Counted from the stretch's first letter, positions 51,593 to 61,887 are shown. The stretch is DNA of 64,000 nucleotides from an uncultured delta proteobacterium (GCA_963737265.1 CAVTRY010000011.1:864001-928000); one strand, 5' to 3'. A program made the numbers and translations. Notes: generated by a model not told the origin, from the sequence alone.

Positions 51593-51849
51593 GTTCGAGG
51601 ACGCCTTGGAGACCACGACTCGGTCGCTCCCTGGCCAGCATACGCTGCTGGCGGTTTATCCCGGCCGCAGGAACCCAGTTGAGGCTGAAGCGGCGGCGAC
51701 GGTAGCCAAGCAGGTGCTCAACAAAGCGCGCGAGAAGCACGAGCCTCCAAACTATTTAGGTTTCGTGCCCCGTCTTCCCGCCCCGCCTCAGCCGCAACCG
51801 TTCCGGCAAATCCAGCATGGATTGCAGATGGTCTGCTGACCCCAAAGCC

Positions 51850-52208
51850 AGACGTTCAGCGAAAAGCGCCTGCAAGAGGCCCACCGCATCCGCTACCAGC
51901 GGGCGCTGGTCGAAGTCATTTCGATGGTCAAGCACGCCGCCAACGACGGCCAGCCGCTCTTGACCGCCGACGAGCGCGTGACGCGCGCCCCCGCCCGCCT
52001 GACCGCCGGCCAGACCTTCACGCCCGACCAGCAAGCCTGGCTGAATCGCATCGGCCAAGCCCTGCGCGAGAACCTTTCGCTAGAGCCGGATGACTTCGGC
52101 ATCCTGCCCATACTCGACCGCGCCGGTGGCCTCGCCGCCGCCCGCAGCGCCTTCGGCAAGAACTTCGACCACTTGATCCGTGACCTGAACGGCGCCGTGG
52201 CGGCGTGA
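51850..52208 (+). pseudogene. Type I restriction subunit R, C-terminal fragment
   Basis: ISMVKHAA..PLLTADERV..FTPDQQAWL..LNGAVAA*; 5' boundary approximate. Confidence 0.65.
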
Positions 52209-52265
52209 CGGGCGTGACGGCGTGACGGCGACACACGTGGCGGACGTGACGGCGACACGTGACGG
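52204..52265 (+). repeat. Short CGTGACGG repeats
   Basis: Exact copies at 52204, 52213, 52221, 52245, 52258 and a variant at 52236. Confidence 0.7.
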
Positions 52266-52348
52266 CGGGTGCCTCCCTGAAACGGGGGCCCCAGCCGGGG
52301 GCTCGGTGAGGTAGCAACTTCTAGCGGAGTGCCGCCGAAAACGCAGAT

Positions 52349-52750
52349 ATGGAACAGCGAGGAACGGAGAAACAGAGACAGGATGACTTTACTGGGCAAA
52401 TTATCGCCGCCTGCATCGAAGTCCACCGTCACCTCGGTCCCGGGCTGCTTGAGTCGGCCTACGAGCACTGCCTGGCGCGCGAGCTAGGCCTGCGTGGATT
52501 TCGCACGCAACGTCAGGTCGCGATTCCTCTGCAGTACAAAGGCATTGACCTCGACTGCGGCTATCGCCTCGACCTCATGGTGGAAGGCCGTTTGGTCGTC
52601 GAAGTCAAGGCGGTAGAGCAGTTGCTTCCTGTCCACTTGGCACAGTCATTACCTATCTCAAGCTCCTACGACTGCCGGTGGGCCTGCTCGTCAATTTCCA
52701 CGTCCCCGTACTTCGCGAGGGTCTCCGCCGCCTCTCAACCCAACCCGTGA
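52349..52750 (+). pseudogene. GxxExxY protein (PD-(D/E)xK-like), frameshift near 52645
   Basis: LGPGLLESAYE, YRLDLMVE, VEVK; ITYLKL..GLLVNF continues in another frame. Confidence 0.85.
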
Positions 52751-52811
52751 TCCCTCTGGTCCTCCGTTCCTCCCTGTTTTTCCCTCCGATCCCATTCCGG
52801 TTGCCGAGCTG

Positions 52812-52983
52812 GTGCCGGTGGGCAGCGACTCGCCAGGCGATGCCGACGCTGGCGAGCTGCGCGAGCTGGAGCGCTCCGGGCTCGTACGCCGCGGTCGCGG
52901 AAAGCTTCCGGACGCAATTTTCAAGCCGGGCCCCGCAGTTCGAGGCAAGGGGCGCGATGGCCGCGTTGCTCGACGAGAGATAG
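52812..52983 (+). pseudogene. Antitoxin C-terminal remnant (Phd/VapB-like)
   Basis: LRELERSGLVRRG and ALLDER in different frames, directly upstream of a PIN gene. Confidence 0.45.
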
Positions 52984-52995
52984 TCTGGCCGCTAG

Positions 52996-53376
52996 ATGCG
53001 CTTCTGGGACTCGTCGGCCATCGTCCCCTTGATCGTCGAGGAGGCGACCAGCTCGGCCTGCCGGGCTCTCTTGCGGGCCGACCGGGCCATCGCGGTCTGG
53101 GCGCTGTCGCGCGTCGAGGTACTGTCGGCCATCTGGCGCGAGGTGCGGGCCGGGACGATGGATCGGGCCGCAGCGGTGCAAGCGGGAAGACGCCTGGATG
53201 CCCTGTCCACCGCTTGGACCGAGGTCGACGGGCTTACCACAGTGCGAGCCCGCGCCGAGCGAATCGTGGCCGTGCATCCCTTGCGCGCGGCGGATGCCTT
53301 GCAAATGGCGGCTGCCCTGGTTCTGTCAAAGGAGCGGCCACGCGTACGCAAAGTCCGCAGATGTAAAATCTATTGA
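52996..53376 (+). pseudogene. VapC/PIN-domain toxin, C-terminus truncated
   Basis: FWDSSAIVPL..E..LRAADALQMAAA; final acidic motif absent. Confidence 0.7.
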
Positions 53377-53459
53377 ACTCACCCTCGGATAGCATCTCGT
53401 GGGCATTGCTTCGCATGACGGGAGGTTTTGAGAATTCCCCCGAAAGCAACTTTCTCGGT

Positions 53460-53900
53460 TTCTCAACCGCGCCGAACGTCGGGCACGCCTTCGTTTACGT
53501 CTGCACCATCGAGCGCATGGCCATCAACGTGCTCGGCCGCGACGCCATCTTTGGCGTGGGCGACGAAGCCTTCGATACCGATGTGGATCGCCTCGAAATC
53601 CCCATCCACGCCTTCGACCTTATCGTCGCCGACGAATGCCAACGCGGCTACACCTCGGCCGAGGTGTCCGCCTGGCGCGGCACCCTCGATCACTTCGACG
53701 CCATCAAGATCGGGCTCACTGCCACGCCCGCCAAGCACACCACTGGCTACTTCGGCGCGCCCGTGTTCCACTACAGCTACGAGCAGGCGGTGGGCGAGGG
53801 CCACCTGGTCGACTACGACCTGATCTCGATCCGCTCCGACGTGCGCATGACCGGCGTGTTCTTGAAAGAGGGCGAGCAGGTCGAGCGCGTGGATCCCGAG
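53460..53900 (+). pseudogene. Type I restriction subunit R, helicase-core fragment
   Basis: FDLIVADECQRGY, IGLTATP, YSYEQAVGEGHLVDY; boundaries approximate. Confidence 0.75.
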
Positions 53901-54162
53901 ACTGTCCGGGTCGATGGGCCCCAACTGCGCCACTTTCGCTTGTTCTGCCTGCTCGAACGTCACGGAGCCGCGGTGGGGCTCGCAGGTTCCGGCATCGTCA
54001 TCCTTGCCGGCAAGTCCAAGCCCTTTCGGACCGAGTTCTCCGACGAGGACTACAAGAAGGTTCGCGCAGTCGGGGACGAATACATCGCATTACACAAGCT
54101 GAAGCCGGGTGGCGCTGCGCCCGCGACGCGCGCGGGGAAAGACGAAACGAATACGCAGGATT

Positions 54163-54380
54163 GTGACCCCATCGGGACTTGAAACGCCTGTAAGCCATTC
54201 AGAAAAAACCCAGGCGCGACGCGGCCTTGCGCTACTTTTCTGAGTGGTTTTCAGGTGTTCGACTCGATGGGGTCGTTCCGTTTCGAGCCGCGTCTATCCG
54301 CAGAAAACCGCCCCAAAGTCGGATTTCATGGCAAAAGCGTGGCAAAAATTTCGGGCGTGGCAAACGACCCGATGGGGTCA
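54163..54380. other. Orphan att-like structure: long inverted repeat plus TGGCAAA repeats
   Basis: GACCCCATCG...CAGAAAA / TTTTCTG...CGATGGGGTC; TGGCAAA x3; third GATGGGGTC at ~54371. Confidence 0.45.
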
Positions 54381-54438
54381 GCATTCGCGGTGGACATGAC
54401 CTCGCCGCCCATCTCCGGACCGTGTCAGAATAGGCGCC

Positions 54439-54681
54439 ATGACCACGGCGGAACTGCGCTCTAGCGTGCTGAGCCTCCCCACCGAAGAGCGAGCAGCGCT
54501 GGCCCGTGACCTCATCGCCAGCCTGGACGCCGAAGCCGCCGATCTCAACGCCGACTCCCTTTGGGCCACCGAGATCGATCACCGTGCGCGCGAAGTGGCG
54601 GATGGCAAGGTGGCCTTGGTCGATGCCGATGAAGTCCACGCCGAGGCCGCCAGACGTCTTCGCGCGCTGGCTGGTCGGTGA
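54439..54681 (+). CDS. Addiction module antitoxin component
   Basis: LSLPTEERAALARDLIASLD..WATEIDHR; no cognate toxin follows. Confidence 0.75.
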   Translation: MTTAELRSSVLSLPTEERAALARDLIASLDAEAADLNADSLWATEIDHRAREVADGKVALVDADEVHAEAARRLRALAGR

Positions 54682-54750
54682 AGGTTCGATCCCCCTGATA
54701 CCCGCAACGAAACGCAAGATGCGCAGTCGTGGTAGGCTTGTCGCAAGCTC

Positions 54751-55002
54751 ATGGTCACGGTTCAAGTGCAACTCCCCGAGGAAACCTTCTCGGCGCTTCG
54801 TCGGTCTCCCGACGAAATGGCCGGCGATCTGCGTCTTGCTGCCGCCGTGCACTGGTACTCGCGCGGCCTCATCTCGCAAGAGCGCGCTGCACAGCTGGCC
54901 GGGCTTGACCGCACGGATTTCATCCTGGCCCTCGCCCGCGAGGGTGTGGACGCCTTCGCAGTGGACATGAACTCGCTCAGGCGAGAACTGGCCGATGGCT
55001 GA
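54751..55002 (+). CDS. UPF0175 family antitoxin
   Basis: LRLAAAVHWY..GLISQERAAQLAGLDRTDF. Confidence 0.8.
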   Translation: MVTVQVQLPEETFSALRRSPDEMAGDLRLAAAVHWYSRGLISQERAAQLAGLDRTDFILALAREGVDAFAVDMNSLRRELADG

Positions 55003-55480
55003 CCAGGCCGTTGTCAACGCATCACCGCTCATCTGCCTGAGTCGCGCCGGTCTGGTAGATCTGCTTCGGCAGGCGGCGAAGACGATCATCGTGCCGGCGG
55101 CGGTGGCACGCGAGATCCTAGCGCGCGGCCCGAGCGACGTGACGGCCAACGCAGTGGCCACGGCCACGTGGATGAAGCAGGCCGATGACATCGCCATACC
55201 GTCCAACGTCCTGGCGTGGGATCTCGGCGCCGGTGAATCGTCCGTGTTGGCGTGGGCGCTTTCCCACCCGGGAACGCCTGCCATCATTGACGACCTTCAA
55301 GGCCGCCGTTGTGCAGAATCCTTGGGCATCACCTTGCGCGGCACCGTAGGCCTCGTCTTGCGCGCCCGCCGCTCCGGACTGATCGATTCGGCCCGCGCCG
55401 CCCTCGAACGTCTGCGCCGAGGTGGAATGTACCTCTCGGATCGCCTCTGCGTCGAAGTGCTGAAAGAAGTAGGCGAATAG
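54995..55480 (+). CDS. DUF3368/PIN-like protein
   Basis: VVNASPLI, LGAGES, IIDDLQGR, GTVGLVL. Confidence 0.8.
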   Translation: MADQAVVNASPLICLSRAGLVDLLRQAAKTIIVPAAVAREILARGPSDVTANAVATATWMKQADDIAIPSNVLAWDLGAGESSVLAWALSHPGTPAIIDDLQGRRCAESLGITLRGTVGLVLRARRSGLIDSARAALERLRRGGMYLSDRLCVEVLKEVGE

Positions 55481-55564
55481 CAGGAGGCAAACCACGCGGC
55501 CGAGGTCGTCAGAGGTAGCGACTCGTTCTAGTCTGTCTTCCGCGTGTCTGGCAGGCATCCGTCA

Positions 55565-56142
55565 CTAGAGATGCCGCGCGCTGACAGACGCGCGCAGCGT
55601 GCCGACGATGCGGGAAACCGCGCTCTTCGACAGCGGGGCATCCTTGAGCAATGGCCGAAGCGCCCCGCGAATTCGACGACTATTGCCACCAGCCAAGTAC
55701 ACGCCAGCGATGGCCTCGTTGATCTCTGGCATGCGGCGCTGGTAGCGCGGAACGATGCTCGAACGCCACTCCTCGTTGCCACCGTCGTCTCGCAGCAGGC
55801 GCCCGCGTGGCAGTGTCAATTCCACCGGCCCGGTCGGGCACGTGAGCGTCCTGGACTTGCTCCCGTTTCGATAGCCACTGCGTTCGGCGCCGCGCTCGTA
55901 CGCGGCTACGCCCAACACGGCCTGCAATTCCTCTTCGACAGCCTGCTCGATGGTCCTGCGAACCGCTTGATGGATCAGTGAACCAAGCGAGACTTCATCA
56001 GCCCCAACTGGACGTAGATTCCTGGTAAATTTCTTCACGGCGCATTCCTTTCCTTGGTTGCGTCCGGCATGGTGCCGGACTGCGTTTCACACCCAGGAGA
56101 ATGCGCCTCCTTTCAAATTTCCACACGACTCGGGACGGAACC
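55565..56142 (-). mobile_element. Truncated IS256-family element (left end plus transposase N-terminus)
   Basis: YRNGSKSRTL..GPVELTLPR..YLAGGNSRRI..LSKSAVSR; DDE core missing; IR-like end near 56114-56142. Confidence 0.75.
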
Positions 56143-56215
56143 TGGCTTTACGTAAGGCGTCCCTTCATGTATACGTTTCCACGCAGTTCGGTTGGCCTGG
56201 ACGCGGAGAAACTCC

Positions 56216-57235
56216 ATGAATCGCATGTTCCCTACGAAGTTCAGACTGGCTTCTGCATCGGTGGTTTCAGCCATGGCTATTCTTGCGTCCTTGTGCCCAA
56301 GAACCAGCGCCGCTGAAAAGCGAACGCACGAGCTATTCGCCGTATTGACTGACGCGGAAACGAATACGCCCGTCCCGTCAGTCAGGATAATGCTGGCGCC
56401 CCAAAAAGGTAATCACGAATGCACGATTGATACCAGACTCACGGGGATCAGCAACGAAAAGGGTGAAGTTCTGATTCCAAATGTCAAACCTGGCGAATAC
56501 ATCGTTTTCCAAAGTCCATCAGGGTCTCTCAACCCGGAACTGAACGGAAAGGTGGTGACCTGGATGCCTTCTTCAGGTGGCTACGGCTTCTCGTTCGGTG
56601 CCGTGAGGGCCACCAAGGGCAACATGGTGATCACTTCCGAAGGCGATCTCGGGATCGCCAATGGATACATGGAAGCGCAAGTAGCCGCTGGGGACGACGG
56701 CATACTAGGCATCAGCACAACTGCCAAAGGAAGCTTGTCAACGGTGCGGACGCCTTGGACTAAAGGAGACCACCTAATCATCGTGACTAAGGCTGCCCAC
56801 ACGGACCTGCGTGCGCCATCACCGCCGAAAGAGAAATCGCCCGTGCCCTCTGCGCCTATGACTTCCTCGGTTCGGACATCGGTGTCTGCATCCGCGTCGC
56901 ACCTGGCCGGAGCGGCTGAGAACCCCGGTGAGACGTTCAAAGCGGTTGGGCTCGTCTGGCAGAAACAGCCACGCGATATGAACTGGAACGACGCCGCAGC
57001 ATACTGTGCGAGGCTGTCTGGGGGCCACTGGCGGTTACCGTCGCTCGAAGAACTCTCGGCGCTGGCGAAAAGCCACTCCATCGCGGCGGAGCCCCAGGGG
57101 ACGTCGCATGGGTGGTACTGGTCCTCTTCGGCGAAAGGGGACGTCGCGTGGTACGTGAGCTTCATCGAGCGTTACGAGGGGTCCAGTATGTCCTATACGG
57201 CATACGGCGTGCTGTCCGTCCGATGTGTCCGTTAA
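56216..57235 (+). CDS. Secreted protein with C-terminal DUF1566 (Lcl-like) domain
   Basis: Signal-peptide-like N-terminus; GLVWQ..NWNDAAAYC..WRLPSLEEL..YWSSS..VRCVR. Confidence 0.75.
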   Translation: MNRMFPTKFRLASASVVSAMAILASLCPRTSAAEKRTHELFAVLTDAETNTPVPSVRIMLAPQKGNHECTIDTRLTGISNEKGEVLIPNVKPGEYIVFQSPSGSLNPELNGKVVTWMPSSGGYGFSFGAVRATKGNMVITSEGDLGIANGYMEAQVAAGDDGILGISTTAKGSLSTVRTPWTKGDHLIIVTKAAHTDLRAPSPPKEKSPVPSAPMTSSVRTSVSASASHLAGAAENPGETFKAVGLVWQKQPRDMNWNDAAAYCARLSGGHWRLPSLEELSALAKSHSIAAEPQGTSHGWYWSSSAKGDVAWYVSFIERYEGSSMSYTAYGVLSVRCVR

Positions 57236-57252
57236 GCGTCGATTTCGCTCGA

Positions 57253-57402
57253 CGTGTGAGAGTCTGGGTTGGCGATACAACGTACTTGCCTGTGATCGGT
57301 GGTTTCATCTTCCTGGTCGTGTTCATCGACCTCTTCTCACGCAAGGTGGTTGGTTGGTCGCTGGGTGACCGCCTTGATGCCGATTTGTCGAGAGAGGCAC
57401 TT
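57253..57402 (+). pseudogene. IS3-family transposase fragment, part 1
   Basis: VWVGDTTY..IDLFSRKVVGWS..SREAL; reading frame resumes at 63433. Confidence 0.8.
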
Positions 57403-57576
57403 CTTCATCGCCGGTGGTCCCGAAAATGGGGATGGCGGCTTGGTGCCGAAATTCGGGCGGGCGGCGGAGCAGCGATGGTGGGCGGGCCATCGCGGTTTAA
57501 GAGGCCGAAATGGAAAGGGCACGGGAAGTCGCGCCTGGGCGACTTCCCGTGCTCTTGGGACAGATTGGGCTGACGA

Positions 57577-58362
57577 CTAATCGTCGAGGGGAGCGCCGAC
57601 GATCTCCTTTGGGGCGCGGCAGCTTTTGCCTGTGAAGCGAAGGATGGTAGCGCGGTCGACCAGGCGGTCGACGGTGGAGACGGCGGAGGCTTCGGAGGGA
57701 AAGGCGTTCTTCCATTGCTGAAAGCCGGTATTGGCGGTGAGCACGATCGAGCCCTGGCCGTGTCTGGCACCGACGACGCGGAACAGGTAGTTGGTGGTGT
57801 GGGTGTCAAAGGCCTGGTAGGCGAATTCGTCGATGAGCAGCAGCGCCGGCTTGACGTAGCGGCGCAGGGCCCGGCGGAAGGTGCCGTCGGCCTGCGAGGC
57901 GTGGAGGTCTTCAAGCATGTCGGCGCAGAGGACGCAGAGGGTGGAGTGACCAGCGATGCAGGCTGCGTGGGCCAGGGCCTTGGCGATGCGGGTCTTGCCG
58001 GTGCCGGGTTTGCCGAGACAGAGGACGTTGCGGCGCTCCTCGACGAATCGGCAGTTGACCAGCTCGTTGACCACGCGGGGCTCGAGTTGTGGCCGAATCT
58101 GAAAGTCGAATCCGTCGAGTCCCTCGACCGTGCCGAGGCGCGATCGACGCAAGCTGCGCTCAAGACGGCGCTCGCGGCGGGCATCGGTCTCGGCACGAAG
58201 CAAGGCACCGGCAAAGGCCGTGAAGGCCATGCCCTCCTGTTCAGCACGGCGAAGCATGCTGGGCAAGGCTGCGGACAGTGTGGTCAGGTCCAGGTCGATG
58301 GCGAGTTGGACCAGCTCATCGACGGGATCTGGAGCCGGTGGGCGGTGGCGACTACGAGCCAT
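57577..58362 (-). CDS. istB: IS21 helper ATPase
   Basis: GKPGTGKT, LLLIDEFAY, VDRL, FTGKSCR. Confidence 0.92.
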   Translation of the reverse strand: MARSRHRPPAPDPVDELVQLAIDLDLTTLSAALPSMLRRAEQEGMAFTAFAGALLRAETDARRERRLERSLRRSRLGTVEGLDGFDFQIRPQLEPRVVNELVNCRFVEERRNVLCLGKPGTGKTRIAKALAHAACIAGHSTLCVLCADMLEDLHASQADGTFRRALRRYVKPALLLIDEFAYQAFDTHTTNYLFRVVGARHGQGSIVLTANTGFQQWKNAFPSEASAVSTVDRLVDRATILRFTGKSCRAPKEIVGAPLDD

Positions 58363-60052
58363 GATTGTCCTCCTCAGGGAGCGCGACTGACAAGGTGGCG
58401 TTCCCGTGGCTCGCTTCTTGGTGGCCAGGCTGGGCGTCGAGGTCGGCAAATGCGTCGAGAGAGGGCGCCTCGATCTCGCCAAGGATGGTGGGACCGCATC
58501 CGAAAAGTGGCGAGACAGCGTCGATGTCGGGCAGCGGCTCGGCCTGCTGGTCGAGGATGCGTTCGACGGCGGTGGCATCGAAACGGCGAAAGTGCTGGAC
58601 CCTGGTGGCGGCGACACGAAAAGCGTCTTCGCCGAAGCGGTCGCACAAACGCAGCAGGGCGCGGATGTGGATGGGCGCGAGGGTCTTCATGCGGCACTTG
58701 AGGCCATCGACCAAAGGAGCGAGGTCGGGAAAGCGACGTAGGAAGGCCTCGTCGAGGCGGTCGCCACCGTCGACCAGGCCCCGACCAAATCCGCGTCGTG
58801 GGAGATTGGCGTAGTGGGTCTCGTCGATGACGAGACGGCCCTTCTGCTCGTCGGGGACGTAGATGCGGGAAAAGGCGACGCAGCCGTGCGGGTCGAGGAC
58901 GTCGAAGTGCTCGGCAAAGAGCCGTACGGCGACTGAACGGCCCGCCAGTGCGGCGGGCACCGTGTACCTGGTCCCGTGGATCGAGAGAGTGGAGTCGCGA
59001 TCGACGATCCGTGGGGCGCTCTCGTGGACCGGGAAGCGGTCTCGGGGTAAGCGGATGAGCAGGGCGTGTTCCTCGCTGTCCCAGACCTCGTTGGGGACGC
59101 GCCGGGTGGTTCCGTGGACGCGGAGGTTGCCGAGAGTTGGAGTTTCGTCGAGCCAGCGGCGACAGCGCGCGTGCAGGTCGTCCCAGGAGGCGAATTCGGT
59201 GCCCTTGACGAAATCGTCCCAGACGAGGCGGAAGGACTTCTCCTTCTTGCCCTTGCGATCTGGGTCGCGGACTTTGCAGGCGAAGGCATCCATGCCGTAG
59301 TGGCGGACGAAGTCAGCGAAGCGGTCATGCCACAGGGGCTTGCGCCCAGAGCCTATGCGGCCGAGGACCGCAGTCGACATGTTGTCCAGGACCAGCCGAT
59401 GTGCGACGCCGTCAAAGTACTCGAAGGCGCTGGCAAGCCCCTCAAGTAGAGTCGACTGGCGCTCGTCACGGTAGAAGTGGAGGAAGAGTTTGCGCGAGTA
59501 GCACAGGAGGCAGCCGAGGACATGTACCTTCACCGGTCGGCCCGCTATCAGGATTTCGTAGGGGCTCCAGTCGATCTGCATCTCGACCGCGGGACCAGTC
59601 TCGAAACGGCGCTTGGTGGTTGGCTTCCGTGGTAGCACCGTCATCTCGGCGCGGAGCTTGCGGAGGTGTTCGGCCAAGATCGTCCGGCCGCCCGAGTACC
59701 CCATTCCCGTGATCTCGCGCAGGATGCGGGTGGCCGTCAGGTCTTTCTGTACTCGATCGGCAATGGGCTCGTAGAATGGCTGAAGCTTGCTGTGAGCCAG
59801 CAGGGGCGTGTGCAGCGTCGCCAGCAGCCCTCGCTCTCGCAAGACCCGCTCGACCATCTGTCGAGTCAAGTTCGTGCGTTTGGCAATCTTCCGACTGCCG
59901 TAGAATGGGTGCAACTCCACAATTTTCTCGAGTTGCTCCAGGGTGAGCGTGCGCCGCGGCCGGCCCCGTTTGAGTTGCGGTGGCGCCGCCGGGGGTGGAT
60001 TCACAGGCGGTGAGCGGAGGGCTTCCGGCGGGTCTTTCGTGTCCATGTTCAT
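58352..60052 (-). CDS. istA: IS21-family DDE transposase
   Basis: RFETGPAVEMQIDW, LVLDNM, KGKKEK; C-terminal YTVP beta domain. Confidence 0.92.
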   Translation of the reverse strand: MNMDTKDPPEALRSPPVNPPPAAPPQLKRGRPRRTLTLEQLEKIVELHPFYGSRKIAKRTNLTRQMVERVLRERGLLATLHTPLLAHSKLQPFYEPIADRVQKDLTATRILREITGMGYSGGRTILAEHLRKLRAEMTVLPRKPTTKRRFETGPAVEMQIDWSPYEILIAGRPVKVHVLGCLLCYSRKLFLHFYRDERQSTLLEGLASAFEYFDGVAHRLVLDNMSTAVLGRIGSGRKPLWHDRFADFVRHYGMDAFACKVRDPDRKGKKEKSFRLVWDDFVKGTEFASWDDLHARCRRWLDETPTLGNLRVHGTTRRVPNEVWDSEEHALLIRLPRDRFPVHESAPRIVDRDSTLSIHGTRYTVPAALAGRSVAVRLFAEHFDVLDPHGCVAFSRIYVPDEQKGRLVIDETHYANLPRRGFGRGLVDGGDRLDEAFLRRFPDLAPLVDGLKCRMKTLAPIHIRALLRLCDRFGEDAFRVAATRVQHFRRFDATAVERILDQQAEPLPDIDAVSPLFGCGPTILGEIEAPSLDAFADLDAQPGHQEASHGNATLSVALPEEDNHGS

Positions 60053-60769
60053 AGGGGTCCTTTCTCGTGGTGGATGGCCGAGGCCAAAGCTTGGCGTCGG
60101 CACTCAGGGTGGTCGCGGTCCGTCCAAGGTCGTCGAGGACGGCGCGGAAGAGCGCTTCCAGGCGTCGCCGCTCCGGTGGCGCCAGATCGCTCGGCAGATG
60201 GAAATTCGCGAGCTCGTGTAGCGTCTTGCGAAAGTGGGCCAGCGTGTCCGTCAGGACCGACGCTCGCGTCGAAAGCGAGGCTGACGTCGTAGCCGGTGCC
60301 AGTTGCCCGAGCGGATCATCAATCAGGCAGCGGCGATCCGCGGGATCGGCGGCCCGGTAGGCGGCGACCAGTGCGAGCGCTCTTCGGGTGGGTACATGGT
60401 GGTGTGTGATGGCGGCAAGCACCGTGGCCTGGTCCTGTCGCCCGAGCGGAGCCAGCGCTTCGGCGAGCGATGGGCCAATACGCCCTTGCGCCAGCGCCGC
60501 GCTCGCCTCCGCGCCGAGTGAAGTGGACCCCTTTGGTAGGACCAGAAATGGCCCGAGCTAAGAGAGAGTCCGCGTGGGTTTGTTTGTAGATCCGGGTGAG
60601 CCTCGCCGGCAAGGAAATTGTTGAGAGCGGAGGCATGCTGATGGCTGCTGTCCACGGATGCAATGCGCGCACGGCCCCACAGAAGCAGGTGAACGCGTTG
60701 CAGTTGTGGGCAGCGTGCCATCAGCATGATGCAGCGGCGATTTAGGCGGCCTCTTTCATCGCCGACTTC

Positions 60770-61579
60770 TTTAGTTCGAATTCGTAAAACGCTACGGGTG
60801 TCTGAAATCCAAGGGTTTGGTGAGGCCGCCTGTGGTTGTACTTGTCCAGGTAGATCGCGATGCCACTGCGGGCGTCGGCCACGTCTCGGTAGTCGTTCAA
60901 GTAGACCTCCTCGCATTTGACAGACCGCCATAGACGCTCGAACGAAGATGTTGTCCATGAATCGGCCGCGACCGTCCATGCTGACCTTTACGCCCTTGTC
61001 CAGCAAAACCGATGTGAAGTTGTCGTCGGTAAACTGCGACCCCTGGTCGGTGTTGAAGATCTCCGGCAAGCCGAAGTTCGCAAGAGCTTCTTCCACGACC
61101 TCGATGCAAAAACGGCTGTCCATCGTGTTTGAAATGCGCCAGGACAGAACCCGGCGCGTGTACCAATCCATCACGGCGACCAGGTAGCAATGCCCCTGTC
61201 TCGTCGGGATGTACGTGATATCCGAGGCCCACACCTGATTGGGCCGAATGATCGCGAGATGGCGCAGCAAGTACGGGAATTTCGTATGTTCCGGCGCGGG
61301 CACGGTCGTCCGTGGTTTGGGCGCCAGCGCTTCGATGCCCATGATTCGCATCAGTCTCTGCACCCGTTTGCGATTCACCGTCTGCCCCTGTGCCTTTAGC
61401 AACCGTGACAGCTTCCGGCTGCCGAATGCTGGCAATTCGAGATGCAGCTTGTCCAGCTCCTTGCAGATGGCCAGATCTTCCTCTGCCATCGGCATCGGCT
61501 CCCAGTAGATGCCCGATCTCGCAAGATTCAGCAGCTCGCACTGCCGACGGACAGATAGGTCGTTGTGGGGCTCGATCAT
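60770..61579 (-). pseudogene. IS3 OrfB transposase, frameshift near 60942
   Basis: WASDITY, NTDQGSQF, DNIFV; ERLWRSVK..EVYL lies in another frame; 3' end approximate. Confidence 0.85.
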
Positions 61580-61593
61580 GGCGCGCTTCTCCG

Positions 61594-61887
61594 TCAGCGA
61601 ATGCGCGCGAGCCCGCGTGCTAAAAAATCATTCTCCAGCGTCAGCTGCCCCACCTTGCGCAGCAATTCCGATTCGCGTTCGGCGTTCGCCGATTCCTCTG
61701 CATTTGCATGGCCTGGTTCGAAAACCATGGCCAGCCGTGTGACGGCTTCCTTCTTCCACTTGTGAACCAGGTTCGGGTTGATCTTGTATCGGCGCCCGAT
61801 CTCCACAACCGTTGCCTGCTCCCGCATGGCTTCGAGAGCTACCTGCGCCTTGAAGAGTGCTGTGTGCTTTTGGCGGTTCGTTTTCAT
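61594..61887 (-). CDS. IS3 OrfA
   Basis: FKAQVALEA..HTH..KVGQLTLENDFL. Confidence 0.88.
   Translation of the reverse strand: MKTNRQKHTALFKAQVALEAMREQATVVEIGRRYKINPNLVHKWKKEAVTRLAMVFEPGHANAEESANAERESELLRKVGQLTLENDFLARGLARIR

Noticed and set aside
52196-52270. CRISPR array
   Set aside because: Repeats are 8 bp with 0-16 bp gaps; no repeat-spacer structure or cas genes were seen anywhere in the window
53373-54182. Intact 269-aa protein
   Set aside because: Chimera of an HsdR core fragment with unrelated flanking segments
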